From an uncultured Alphaproteobacteria bacterium (GTDB taxonomy: Bacteria; Pseudomonadota; Alphaproteobacteria; Rs-D84), in the NCBI GenBank assembly GCA_905233975.1, contig CAJOGD010000006.1, positions 19,609 to 83,608 on the forward strand: a stretch of DNA of 64,000 bases. The letters run 5' to 3'. The notes under the pieces were generated by a model. The model searched no databases, was not told the DNA's origin, and was given only the letters and a program-made list of their open reading frames with translations. The position numbers and the translations under genes are program-made. Below, in pieces: positions 49,984 to 59,858 of this stretch (its first letter is position 1; the number at the start of each line of letters is the position of its first letter).

Positions 49984-50465
49984 TGTATTTTTTCCTTTTC
50001 GGCCATATCTTAGTACAATATTGTTTGATTTGTAAATAAAAATAATCGGGGCAAAAAACACGTTTTTTGTGCGTTGGGGCGGAATTATTGCACTGTTGTA
50101 TGTTGGGGTGTTTGGCGGATACGAAATATTGCCGTATTTACTAATTCTGTTGGCAATCGCACGCATAGCGGCGGCGTTTATATATGCCCAAATTGGAAAA
50201 TGCACAGACGATGAATAAGGGTTGAAAAATTGTCCGCCTTCGCCGATAAATAATATTAAAACCCGCACTGTGATTACGAACAGCGCTACGGCGCGGCACT
50301 CAATTTTCAATCCTCGCTACGCTTCGGTGAAAATTGGTGAGGGATTTGTTCGCATTTGCTCACCACTCGTAAGGTTCAAACTGCGTGCTTTGCACTTGTT
50401 CTCACCAACTAACGCGCGTACCCGGCAACCTATGGTTGCAGTGTCCAACCCGATGCCATACGGCA

Positions 50466-50502
50466 CGAATAAAAAATGCCCCGTTGGGACATTTTTTATT
50501 CG
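50466..50502 (-). terminator. Terminator downstream of tRNA-Ser
   Basis: cgaataaaaaatg.ccc/ggg.cattttttattcg long inverted repeat. Confidence 0.7.
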
Positions 50503-50596
50503 TGGCGGATGGTGAGGGATTTGAACCCCCGAAGGTCTTATTTCATACCTTGTCCGATTTCAAGTCGGATGCATTCAACCGCTCTGCCAACCATCC
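50503..50596 (-). tRNA. tRNA-Ser(TGA)
   Basis: ggatggttggcagagcgg...tccgacTTGAaatcgga, long variable arm, GGTTCAAATCC, 3' GCCA. Confidence 0.92.
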
Positions 50597-50691
50597 GGGA
50601 ACGCGATTTTGCAAACGTATGTTATAGTATTTTTTTCAAAAACGCAAATAAAATAATCGGACAGGCGTCTAGGCATTGGCCCCGAAAAAAA

Positions 50692-50832
50692 CGCCGTCAT
50701 ACCGCGCTATCGGGCCCCACAAAAAACGTGCAACGTTTTTTGTGGGTGATTTCACGCGGTATCTCGTCAGTGTTGCAGAGCGTAAACTCCCCTTCGCCCG
50801 GGGAGATTCCGCGTCAAGCGCGGAATGACGGG
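50692..50832. repeat. CGTC-type REP dimer (REPIN-like) with a nested hairpin insertion
   Basis: gccgtcataccgcg...cgcggtatctc...gagattccgcgtcaagcgcggaatgacgg. Confidence 0.75.
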
Positions 50833-50845
50833 CCGCTAATTACCG

Positions 50846-52351
50846 TTATTGATTCTGGGGGATATAGATTATATTGTTAATATCCGGCCCGGCGGTAAGA
50901 GCCGATTCTGATAAAAATGTATTATTAACCGAGTCATATAGACCAATAGAATTATCAGAATTCTTCCTTGCCGGTATATAATTTCGAACTAACACATCGT
51001 TATCATATACTTTCATCTCATAGAAATTACCGCTAAACCTAGGGGTACCTGTTGAGCCGTTGCTATTACCGATCGTCAACGTCCTTGAACAAGTGAATGT
51101 TCCCACATTTGTGTATGGTACCAAATTTCCATTAAAGTTAAATCCATGTTTATCCTGTACCAATTCGTTGATCACATTGGGAACTATCCCTGTTCCAGTC
51201 ACTGTAACATTACCAAATCGTTCGTTCCCTGTTGCTATAAGATAGCAAGTTATTCGTGGATTTGAAGTGCCGGTTCCATAAACCCAAGAGCCGTTCGTCG
51301 TTCCCATAAATTTTGAAACAATTTTTGTGTCCTGATTTGGGGTAAAACCTGTATCTAATTCTTGGGCCCCATTAAAAGTTATATACTCCACCGGTGTGTA
51401 GTCAGATGGGACAAGGGTGGTGTATGGGGCTTCCTGATATGCCGTTGCGGTCGAACCTTTTTCTATTTGAATTGTGTTTAAGGTACTGTTAAATATTGCA
51501 CTATTGGTTTGAACAACGATCCATTTTGCTGTCGCCGGTGTTGTAAATGTATATGTGCCGGGATTCGTTGTTTCACGATGTATAAAGCTGTATGGTATGT
51601 TGGTTTGGTCGGTGGTGGTTGGTAATGTGGGGGTATCTATTGTTGCAAACCTGTATATGCTGCCACCATCGGTAAAACCGGAAACGGTGTATGTCGTGTT
51701 CGGCTCGCATGGGCACGCCAAAGATTTTGAGCCATTTGCATAATACCAATATCCGTCCATAGTTGCGGCAAGGCTTCTGTTTCTAAATATCCAAGAATTA
51801 TTTGTTTTATCGAATAAATTGCGACTTTCACCATTATTATGTATTGAGTAGACCCAGCAAAGATCTGTGCCGGGTTTGTATTCTGAACAAAGGAATTCGC
51901 TATCAAGTCCTTTCTTTAATGCGGCGTTGAATGTTTTTGCGTCGATAAGGTTGTTGCTTTGTTCAATGTACGTGCCGGTGTCTTGGTAAATACCCTTGGC
52001 GCCGATTTTCCCGGTCGTGCCAGTGTAGGTGACGGCGGTATGGTCGTTGATTGGGGCGATGTCATCCTGTTTTGTGGCAAGTTTAGTATTCACACCACCA
52101 ACCATGGGAAGTGACGTGTCGGACGTGCTGGACCCCAGGTTCGATGTGACGGCACGTTTTTGCACCGTTCCGGCCGAATCGGTATATTCCATGGCTTTGT
52201 TTTGTTCCGCTGTAAATTTATCCTGACGCGTGTCAAGTTCGTGCGTCACGTATTTCAATGATGTCGCGGTTTTCCGGTCCGCGGCTTCCTCCGCCACCGC
52301 CGGCAGCACCGCCGCCATCAACCCGAACAACAAAAACTTTTTCAACTGCAT
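50846..52351 (-). CDS. Secreted modular fibre/adhesin-like protein, paralog B (constant + domain Y + domain X + YIPQNQ)
   Basis: Same N-terminus as paralogs A and C; 'NLFDK...QIEKGSTATAY' then 'DYTPVEYITFNGAQELDTG...GLYDSV'. Confidence 0.85.
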   Translation of the reverse strand: MQLKKFLLFGLMAAVLPAVAEEAADRKTATSLKYVTHELDTRQDKFTAEQNKAMEYTDSAGTVQKRAVTSNLGSSTSDTSLPMVGGVNTKLATKQDDIAPINDHTAVTYTGTTGKIGAKGIYQDTGTYIEQSNNLIDAKTFNAALKKGLDSEFLCSEYKPGTDLCWVYSIHNNGESRNLFDKTNNSWIFRNRSLAATMDGYWYYANGSKSLACPCEPNTTYTVSGFTDGGSIYRFATIDTPTLPTTTDQTNIPYSFIHRETTNPGTYTFTTPATAKWIVVQTNSAIFNSTLNTIQIEKGSTATAYQEAPYTTLVPSDYTPVEYITFNGAQELDTGFTPNQDTKIVSKFMGTTNGSWVYGTGTSNPRITCYLIATGNERFGNVTVTGTGIVPNVINELVQDKHGFNFNGNLVPYTNVGTFTCSRTLTIGNSNGSTGTPRFSGNFYEMKVYDNDVLVRNYIPARKNSDNSIGLYDSVNNTFLSESALTAGPDINNIIYIPQNQ

Positions 52352-52475
52352 GTTATACTCTCCTTTCGCTTTTTACCACTACCCCGCCACTCCTCGTGGT
52401 CCTCCCCTTCGGTTATCACCCACAAAATTTTTCAAATTTTGCGGGACCCGATTGTGCGAAGGGGAATAAAAACTA

Positions 52476-52690
52476 CCGCGGTGAAAACCAAGCGGCCGGG
52501 GTGTTAGCAAATCATAACAGCGTTGATCCCAATGGCTTTCGGCGAACCTATTGTATTACCATCGGCACCCCGAACCATATCGTTCGGGGGGATTTAACGA
52601 TGCAAAAGCAAGGAAATCACAATGGATAACGATGCTATGCACCGGCTGTTATGGGCCTGCTAGAGCCCCGAACCAAGTTCCCACTTAGTT
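52476..52690 (-). ncRNA. Putative structured leader RNA, copy upstream of paralog B
   Basis: agtgggaacttggttcgggg...tagca/tgcta, cataacagc/gctgttatg...acaccccggccgcttggttttcaccgcgg; promoter TTGACG-18-TATGAT at 52699-52728. Confidence 0.7.
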
Positions 52691-52778
52691 CAATGAAAAT
52701 CATAACACAATTTATTAAAACACGTCAAGCAATAAATGTCTTTACACCGCGCGAATAAATTTTTATAATCCGATTGCT

Positions 52779-54575
52779 ATGAAAAAAATTATTAATTCTA
52801 TTAAAAAATTTATTAACGGCGATCCCAAAAATGGACGCATTAAATGGTCACTCTATGTTCGCATTTGGCGCGAAATCGGCGTTCCGCAATTAAAGTGGAT
52901 TATCGCCGGTGTTATCGCAACGATTGGCGCCGCCGCGGCCGAAGGTTATACGATTACGCTTGTTCAACGCGTTGTCGATCAGGCCTTTATTGAAAAAAAT
53001 ATGGATTCAACATATATTGTCGGGTTGCTTATTATCGCCGCCTTTGGTGCCAAGGGCGCGTTTCGTTATGCGCAAACTTTGTTGATGTCCAAGGCGGGCT
53101 TGAATGCCAGTGCGATGTTGCAAAAGCGTATTTACAATCACATGGTGCGCATGGACATTTCCGGATTCTTTGGCGAAGGAATCGGGAAACACCTTAACTA
53201 TTTCTGGGTCCAGGCGGGCGCGGTTTTGAATTTGGTAACCGGGACGGTGGTCAAGATTGTTCAAGAAATCGCGACACTTGCCATTACACTTGGGCTTATG
53301 GTTTATTATGCACCACAAATGTGCGCGGTGCTGCTGTTCTTGGTGCCGGCGATTATGTTGCCGATGGTGGCGATTATGCGGCGGCGGCGTAAGTTGTCGC
53401 GGCAATCTTTTGGCATCGCGAATGATGTGTCGCAACATTTGAATCAAACTTTGCGCGGGATTAAAACTATTCAATCCTTTGCCACCGAAGAGTCTGAGGC
53501 AAAACGTTTCGCAAATGTTCTGAATAATTCGATGATAAATTCGTATAAAAGCGCCCAGGCGAACGGTTTGCAATCGCCATTGTTAGAGGTTATGATTTCG
53601 ATTGGCCTTTGTTTGGCGATGATTCTGGGCGGGCATTTTATCGTTAGTGGCGCGATTACGACCGGTGATTTTACGGCGTTCCTGTTGGCACTGACCGCCG
53701 CGTACAAGCCGGCGAAGTCAATCACAAACACCGGCGATACGGTGCAACATGGATTGCTGGCCGCGGAAATTTTGTTCGATTTCTTGGATACCAAACCGAC
53801 AATTCGCGACACGAAAAATGCAACCGTATTGCGTGCGGTGCGTCCGTCGATTGAATTCAAGAACGTAAAATTTTCATATGTCCCAGAAGAGCCTGTGTTG
53901 CGTAATATCAACCTGCGCGTGCCGGCGGGCAAGGTTTGCGCCCTGGTCGGGCCAAGTGGCGGCGGCAAGACAACAATGTTTAATTTGATTGAACGATTCT
54001 ATGATCCGAACGATGGTATCATCGCGATAAATGGAACGGACATTAAAAAGTACACTCTGAATTCGTTGCGCAAAAATATTTCAGAGGTTTCACAAGACGT
54101 GTTCTTGTTCAATGATACTATCGAAGCAAACATTAAATACGGCGCGCCAAACGCATCGCACGAAGCGGTTGTCGCGGCGGCGCGGGCGGCGAATGCGCAC
54201 GATTTTATTACGGCGTTTCCACATGGGTATGAAACAAGCGTGGGCGAAGGTGGCGCGTTGCTGTCGGGCGGACAAAAGCAACGCATCGCGATTGCGCGTG
54301 CGATACTAAAAGATGCGCCGATACTGCTGCTGGACGAGGCGACATCCGCCCTGGATACCAAGAGTGAGAAACTGATACAAGAAGCTTTGCGTGACCTGAT
54401 GCGCGGGCGGACGACGTTTGTTATTGCGCACCGGCTTTCGACGATTTTTGATGCCGATATGATTTGCGTTATCAAGGACGGCGAAATTATCGAACAGGGA
54501 ACCGACGAAGAATTGGTCAAACTTGGCGGCGAATATAAAAAACTGCGCGACATTCAGGTGAAGAGTAAGAAATAA
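52779..54575 (+). CDS. MsbA-like ABC exporter (TM + ATPase)
   Basis: 6-TM domain, GPSGGGKTT, LSGGQKQR, LDEATSALD. Confidence 0.85.
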   Translation: MKKIINSIKKFINGDPKNGRIKWSLYVRIWREIGVPQLKWIIAGVIATIGAAAAEGYTITLVQRVVDQAFIEKNMDSTYIVGLLIIAAFGAKGAFRYAQTLLMSKAGLNASAMLQKRIYNHMVRMDISGFFGEGIGKHLNYFWVQAGAVLNLVTGTVVKIVQEIATLAITLGLMVYYAPQMCAVLLFLVPAIMLPMVAIMRRRRKLSRQSFGIANDVSQHLNQTLRGIKTIQSFATEESEAKRFANVLNNSMINSYKSAQANGLQSPLLEVMISIGLCLAMILGGHFIVSGAITTGDFTAFLLALTAAYKPAKSITNTGDTVQHGLLAAEILFDFLDTKPTIRDTKNATVLRAVRPSIEFKNVKFSYVPEEPVLRNINLRVPAGKVCALVGPSGGGKTTMFNLIERFYDPNDGIIAINGTDIKKYTLNSLRKNISEVSQDVFLFNDTIEANIKYGAPNASHEAVVAAARAANAHDFITAFPHGYETSVGEGGALLSGGQKQRIAIARAILKDAPILLLDEATSALDTKSEKLIQEALRDLMRGRTTFVIAHRLSTIFDADMICVIKDGEIIEQGTDEELVKLGGEYKKLRDIQVKSKK

Positions 54576-54686
54576 TGGGAAGTTCCGACTTCGCCAAGGC
54601 TACGTTGGACATGGGTTAGTGAAAAGCCAGTTCGTCTTGTTTTCCCAGACCAAAAAATAAAAACCGCAAATGCGGTTTTGATTTTT

Positions 54687-54762
54687 TGGTGGGGCCACAG
54701 GGACTCGAACCCTGGACCCAATGATTAAAAGTCATTTGCTCTACCAACTGAGCTATAGCCCC
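54687..54762 (-). tRNA. tRNA-Lys(TTT)
   Basis: ggggctatagctcagttggtagagc aatgacTTTTaatcatt ...GGTTCGAGTCC...ACCA, 76 nt. Confidence 0.95.
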
Positions 54763-54846
54763 AGAACTTTCTTTTCCAGCAGTTCGGCGGAGATTATGAC
54801 ACATTTTTTACAAAAAGCAAGAAAATTATGGTGCACGCCAAAAAAA

Positions 54847-55545
54847 TTATTCCGCCGGCGCGTCTTTTGGCGCCGCGCCCGCGGGTCCGGCAAGTTCCGC
54901 CTCGGCCAGTAATTGTTCGAACTTCATCGCGATTGCCGCCCCGGAATCCAGCCAATCCACGACTTTTTCGATAGTGTTTTTGACGTGCCGCGCGATAATC
55001 CGCCGATTCCCGCGCAGGTGATGTTCATTTACCACGTGCGATATGTGCCGCCCCAGTTCCGTCAGCAACCGCAAATCGTCGGTCGAAAGCACGTTTTCGC
55101 GCCCGTATCGATAGATAATATTTTCCAATTCGCCGTAATACCCATGCAGCAACCCCATGCACTTGCCGTCCATGCGCAATTTTTTGATTATGTACGCCTC
55201 GCTTAAACTCTGCATCTTGTTTATGCCCATCAGTGTCGTGCGGCCGCGCAGCCCCAGCATTTTGCGCAACACCAAAACCACGTGCAGCACCAGTGTGTTT
55301 ATTTTCTCGTCAACATTGACCGTCATGGTTTCTTGCAGCCGCCGCGATACGCGCGAATTCGTATAGTCGTAAAGCAAAAACACCAACGGTATCGCAAGCA
55401 AAGACGCCGATATATTCGTAATTAAATCTGCGACATTTGGGTCACTGACGTTGTCGAGTGATATAGTGAACAACAGAACGCCGCCCAAAATGGACGCGAC
55501 ATAAGGCAACGCACGCAACACAAAATCCCGGACTTTTTCCCACAT
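54847..55545 (-). CDS. Hypothetical membrane protein
   Basis: Two N-terminal TM helices followed by a soluble helical domain. Confidence 0.7.
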   Translation of the reverse strand: MWEKVRDFVLRALPYVASILGGVLLFTISLDNVSDPNVADLITNISASLLAIPLVFLLYDYTNSRVSRRLQETMTVNVDEKINTLVLHVVLVLRKMLGLRGRTTLMGINKMQSLSEAYIIKKLRMDGKCMGLLHGYYGELENIIYRYGRENVLSTDDLRLLTELGRHISHVVNEHHLRGNRRIIARHVKNTIEKVVDWLDSGAAIAMKFEQLLAEAELAGPAGAAPKDAPAE

Positions 55546-55603
55546 GCGACATATTATACCGCCCCGCCCCACCGTTGTCATTGTGAATGGATTCCGCAAA
55601 ACC

Positions 55604-55699
55604 GCCGTCATACCGCGGAAACGCGGTATCTCCCCGGCGTTGCAGAGAATTAGACCGCGACAAGCCCGACAAGATTCCGCCTTTCGGCGGAATGACGGG
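55604..55699. repeat. CGTC-type REP dimer
   Basis: gccgtcataccgcggaaacgcggtatctc...agattccgcctttcggcggaatgacggg; homologous to 50692. Confidence 0.8.
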
Positions 55700-55788
55700 A
55701 CTCTGTTTTCCCTTTCCCACTTGAAAATTCGTCAAATTTGCACTATAATAATATAGTCTGGGGCGAGGTAGAACCAAAGGAGTCGGCA

Positions 55789-58119
55789 ATGGCGAGCATA
55801 GATGGTTTTTTAACAACTTATTTTAAACAGTTGCACTTTAATTCGATGTCGCCAGAGGTGCGCGCGCGTTGGGAAGAGTATATGAAACTTCCCGATTTAA
55901 ACTGGTCTATGAAGGACTGGCGGCGCGAACTTATGCACGAAACCGCGCCAGACAGCGGCGAATACGTCAATTTTGATTTACCTAGTATCAAAGAAGGCGA
56001 AAATACGGCGCGTGTTGATGCAGGCCTTAAAGACCCCGGTTTAACGGACGATCAGATTAAAGATTTATACAAATATATGAATGCGGCCGTCAGTGGAATG
56101 GCGGAAGATAAAAAAATCAATAATGCTGAATTCAAGACTGCGAAAGACTTTGTTAATGACTTTTACGGTACTTTTGAAGTTGGCGAACCACCTGTTTCAC
56201 ATACGAATATATTCAATATTATTAAAGTTTCTTCGCCAACAAAAACTACATTGGAAGATATTATCAGACTGCCAAATGGCGCGTTGCACATTTTGAAAGC
56301 CCCTGTTGAAAGGGCGCTTGAACAAATATCTGGCGAAAAAAAATTAACTTTTGATAAACTTATCGAAAAAATACAAAAAGGCGATTATGATAAAGACAGC
56401 GCGTTCAGAGAACAATTAATCAAATTGTTTGAAAACATAGAGAATTTCGCGCCATACAGCTGGTTAGATTATACGCCCGATGGTGGTGCGACCTATCCAA
56501 ACAAGACAAATTTATATCAGTTTACAGGAACTTTACGCGACAGCCTGGTTGAAGGATTGAAACCCGAACCGTCTGATGACGTAATAGAACGTTTTAAACG
56601 CGGTTATGGTAATGTTTTTGAACGTATCTATAAAAAACCAAAGGTCAAAGCACTTTTTGCAGAACATGACGACAATGGTATTATTGCCGCGTTAGATGCT
56701 GCGCGCAATGCTGTTAATTATGACGTTCCGGATCAACCGAATTATCTTTATCCCAAAACAGAAAAACATCTAAATGCCCCCCAACGTATAAAAAAGGCAA
56801 TAGACGATTTTTATGAAAATAATCTTGAAAAATATTTTAACAATCTTGGAGGCGACAGATTATTTAAGTCCAAACCTGCACGCGATATTGTAAAAGGAAT
56901 CAACAAAGCAAAAATTAAACGTACTGGTGGTTTAGATGAAATATTAACCAATTCTGACAAAATTAAAAAGGAAATAGAACACGAATCCACAAGTACCGGG
57001 TCACATTTTGAATGGTTCCTTAAAGAAATGAAAGTTATCAAGGATGCCGATGACAAGGCTTTTGAGGCTTGTTTGCGTAATGGTGTATCTTTGCGTGGTG
57101 TTGTGCAAAGAGTGATTATGGACGCAGTTAGTGCCGGAAAAGTCGCAGAAGCAAAAACCGCGCTTGAAATTTTATCTGTTATGAAATATGAAAACACCAC
57201 AAGTAAAACATTGGACGCAATAAAAGAAGATAAGGATTTATTCAAATATTTCTCTAATCTAGAGCTTGCAAAGAAGAACGAGGGCACCAAGTTTGTTGCA
57301 GAAGCCATGGATAAAACCATGCGCATTGGCGGTATCGCCATCGCAACAATGGCCACTGTTGCCGTCAATACCGTTCGCAAATTGGGCAGCAAGATTCGCA
57401 AAGAAAACAAAGACCTCAACGCAGCACATAATGCCAAGAAAGCAGAAAACGAACGAGATAAAACAGAATTGCAAAATAAAATCGAGGATAACAGAAGAAA
57501 CGAAGCTCAAAAACAACGAGAAAAAGAAGCTGTAATATCAAGGTACGGCGACGAGGATACAATTAACAATAAATTAAATGAAAAAAAGACTTATAAAGAC
57601 CGTTTGACGTCTTATCTTAAAACAGAACTTGACAATATGGAAGCTTTTAAAAACAGGACTGGCGCCACAGATGATGAAGTCAATGCATATGACACATTTG
57701 TACAATGGTACGAGAAATACATGAATGATGGCACCGCTATACCAGATGCTGTTTATGATGCTATGCCGGATACAATGAAAGTATATACAGATAAAATCAA
57801 AAGACTTTTACGCGCATATCCCGCTGTTAATGATCACTTGACCCAAGCCCAAGAAACAAAGAAAATTTTTGATGAGGCTTCAAATGCATTGACTGTTGCC
57901 AGTGACGAATTAGCTGCAAATCAAAAAAAACTGGATAGTTGGGATACAGATCACAAAGATAAGTATGATGAACTTATTAAATATTGGAATGAGTTGGAAT
58001 TTGGACGCGATATGCACCTTGGACGTGTCTTTGGCGGTATGTATAGCAGATTTGGCAACAAGAAAACCCAACAAGAAAAGTATTTCGCAAAGTTTAACAA
58101 TGGAATACCGTCCAGATAA
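55789..58119 (+). CDS. Large helical/coiled-coil hypothetical protein
   Basis: AAGGAG RBS; K/E-rich; one hydrophobic segment; followed by a terminator. Confidence 0.75.
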   Translation: MASIDGFLTTYFKQLHFNSMSPEVRARWEEYMKLPDLNWSMKDWRRELMHETAPDSGEYVNFDLPSIKEGENTARVDAGLKDPGLTDDQIKDLYKYMNAAVSGMAEDKKINNAEFKTAKDFVNDFYGTFEVGEPPVSHTNIFNIIKVSSPTKTTLEDIIRLPNGALHILKAPVERALEQISGEKKLTFDKLIEKIQKGDYDKDSAFREQLIKLFENIENFAPYSWLDYTPDGGATYPNKTNLYQFTGTLRDSLVEGLKPEPSDDVIERFKRGYGNVFERIYKKPKVKALFAEHDDNGIIAALDAARNAVNYDVPDQPNYLYPKTEKHLNAPQRIKKAIDDFYENNLEKYFNNLGGDRLFKSKPARDIVKGINKAKIKRTGGLDEILTNSDKIKKEIEHESTSTGSHFEWFLKEMKVIKDADDKAFEACLRNGVSLRGVVQRVIMDAVSAGKVAEAKTALEILSVMKYENTTSKTLDAIKEDKDLFKYFSNLELAKKNEGTKFVAEAMDKTMRIGGIAIATMATVAVNTVRKLGSKIRKENKDLNAAHNAKKAENERDKTELQNKIEDNRRNEAQKQREKEAVISRYGDEDTINNKLNEKKTYKDRLTSYLKTELDNMEAFKNRTGATDDEVNAYDTFVQWYEKYMNDGTAIPDAVYDAMPDTMKVYTDKIKRLLRAYPAVNDHLTQAQETKKIFDEASNALTVASDELAANQKKLDSWDTDHKDKYDELIKYWNELEFGRDMHLGRVFGGMYSRFGNKKTQQEKYFAKFNNGIPSR

Positions 58120-58219
58120 TCCCCCTGCCCCCGGCGGGGGCATTTTTTGTTGAAATATAAAACACCTGGTGCTACACTTTCGCGCGTAATGCAATAAACA
58201 TGAACCAAAAGGAACGAAT

Positions 58220-59461
58220 ATGTATATTATGGCGCTGAACTGTGGATCGTCCAGTTTGAAATATCAAATCTTTGACGCCGACACGAAAAAGCAAATTGTT
58301 GGTGGAAATGTTGAAAAAATCGGTTTGCCGGATTCTTTCATCACGCAAAAATATCCTGATGGAACCAAAGAACGCAAAGAAACCCCGATGCAAAATCATA
58401 ACGATGCGCTGAATGTCGTTATGGGCATGCTGCGCGCGGCCTCGGTCGATATGAATGAAATTCGCGGGATTGGGCATCGCGTTGTTATGGGCGGTTCGAA
58501 ATTTGCCGCGTCCGTTGAAATTACCGACGATGTTATGCGCGAAATTCAGAACTGGCGCGATTTGATGCCGTTGCATATTCCGGCGTCACTGATGGGAATC
58601 GAAAGCGCGCGCCAAATGTTGCCGAACGCGACCCAGGTTGCCGTCTTTGACACCGCGTTCTTGCAAACCATGCCGGAATACGCGTATCGCTATGCGGTGC
58701 CGGACGCGTGGTATCGCGAACTGGGCGTGCGGCGCTATGGATTCCATGGGACCAGTCACCTGTACGTGTCAAAGCGCGCGGCGGTTATGCTGGGCAAACC
58801 TGCGGCGGATTGCAATTTGATTACCATGCACATCGGTTCGGGCGCGTCGGGCGTTGCGATTAAGGCTGGGCGCGCGGTTGATACGACATTGGGCATGACG
58901 CCGACGGCGGGCCTGATGATGGGAACGCGGCCGGGCGATGTTGATGCGGGCGCGTTGCTCTATGTCATGGAGAAATTGAAACTGTCGCCGGAACAGATGA
59001 CAAAGCACATGAACAAAGATTCCGGGCATGTCGGTATTACAAAATGCTTTTCTGATCGGCGCGAATTGGAACAGAACCGCGAAACAAATGCCGATTGCGA
59101 ATTGTCGCTGAAGATGGAAGTGCACAGTGTAAAGAAATATATCGGCGCGTTTATGGCGGAACTGGGGCATGTTGATGCGTTGGTATTTACCGCGGGCGTT
59201 GGCGAAAACGATGATTACCTGCGCGGGAAATTCTGTGAGGGATTGGAAGAATTGGGAATCAAAATTGACGCGGATAAAAACGCAAAAGCGTTGGGACGCC
59301 TGGACGCCGGTGAATCCGTAATCAGCGCGGACGACAGCAAGGTCAAAGTTTTCATGATTCCGACAAACGAAGAAATCGTTATCGTCGAAGATACACTTGG
59401 CATTATGAACGGCACGTATAATCCGGATCATCTAAAGATGGATTATTCCTTTGCGAAATAG
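58220..59461 (+). CDS. ackA: Acetate kinase
   Basis: LNCGSSSLK, GHRVV.GG, RRYGFHGTSH, FTAGVGEN, PTNEE. Confidence 0.95.
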   Translation: MYIMALNCGSSSLKYQIFDADTKKQIVGGNVEKIGLPDSFITQKYPDGTKERKETPMQNHNDALNVVMGMLRAASVDMNEIRGIGHRVVMGGSKFAASVEITDDVMREIQNWRDLMPLHIPASLMGIESARQMLPNATQVAVFDTAFLQTMPEYAYRYAVPDAWYRELGVRRYGFHGTSHLYVSKRAAVMLGKPAADCNLITMHIGSGASGVAIKAGRAVDTTLGMTPTAGLMMGTRPGDVDAGALLYVMEKLKLSPEQMTKHMNKDSGHVGITKCFSDRRELEQNRETNADCELSLKMEVHSVKKYIGAFMAELGHVDALVFTAGVGENDDYLRGKFCEGLEELGIKIDADKNAKALGRLDAGESVISADDSKVKVFMIPTNEEIVIVEDTLGIMNGTYNPDHLKMDYSFAK

Positions 59462-59464
59462 TAA

Positions 59465-59503
59465 ATAGTGTAAGTGATTAGTGTTAGTGATTAGTGTTAG
59501 TGC
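59465..59503 (+). repeat. Degenerate 6-7 nt tandem repeats (TTAGTG-based)
   Basis: tagtgtaagtgattagtgttagtgattagtgttagtg; similar runs at 3522, 5095, 5153, 9277 and 59812. Confidence 0.65.
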
Positions 59504-59587
59504 GCGGGGCTTTTGTCCCGCGTTTTTCATTTTTCAAAAAAATGTTCTTGATTAAATTCAATCAAATTTGTTAAAATAAAAACTGAA

Positions 59588-59803
59588 CTGAGTGGGAACT
59601 TGGTTCGGGGTCGTCGTAGGCCCACAGTAAAGGCGACAAAACTGTCGTATCCGCACAGTGTGTGGCGCCTTGGGCGTCTTTTATTGTGCATACCCCGACT
59701 TTGGTCGGGGTGCTGTTGGATATAAAACAGGTTTACCGAAGTCCTGCAGGATCATGCTTTACTGTGATTTACGAACACCCCGACCGCTTGGTTTCCACCG
59801 CGG
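59588..59803 (+). ncRNA. Putative structured leader RNA, copy upstream of paralog C
   Basis: agtgggaacttggttcgggg...tcgta/tacga, cacagtaaag/ctttactgtg...acaccccgaccgcttggtttccaccgcgg; promoter TTGATT-18-TAAAAT at 59548-59577. Confidence 0.7.
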
Positions 59804-59858
59804 CATTTATTTTAGTGTAAGTGTTAGTGCAAGTGGTTAGTGAAAAAAGGGGAGGAAA

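Noticed and set aside
49984-50310. Long N-terminal extension of livH, and a hydrophobic plus-strand fragment at about 50036-50218
   Set aside because: LivH similarity and an RBS begin at GTG 49983; the plus-strand fragment lacks a convincing start or RBS and may be a remnant, but cannot be supported
59588-59803. Leader RNA as 6S RNA, T-box or cobalamin riboswitch
   Set aside because: Multibranched interior rather than a central bubble, no T-box or B12-box consensus, and three gene-linked copies; Rfam search still needed
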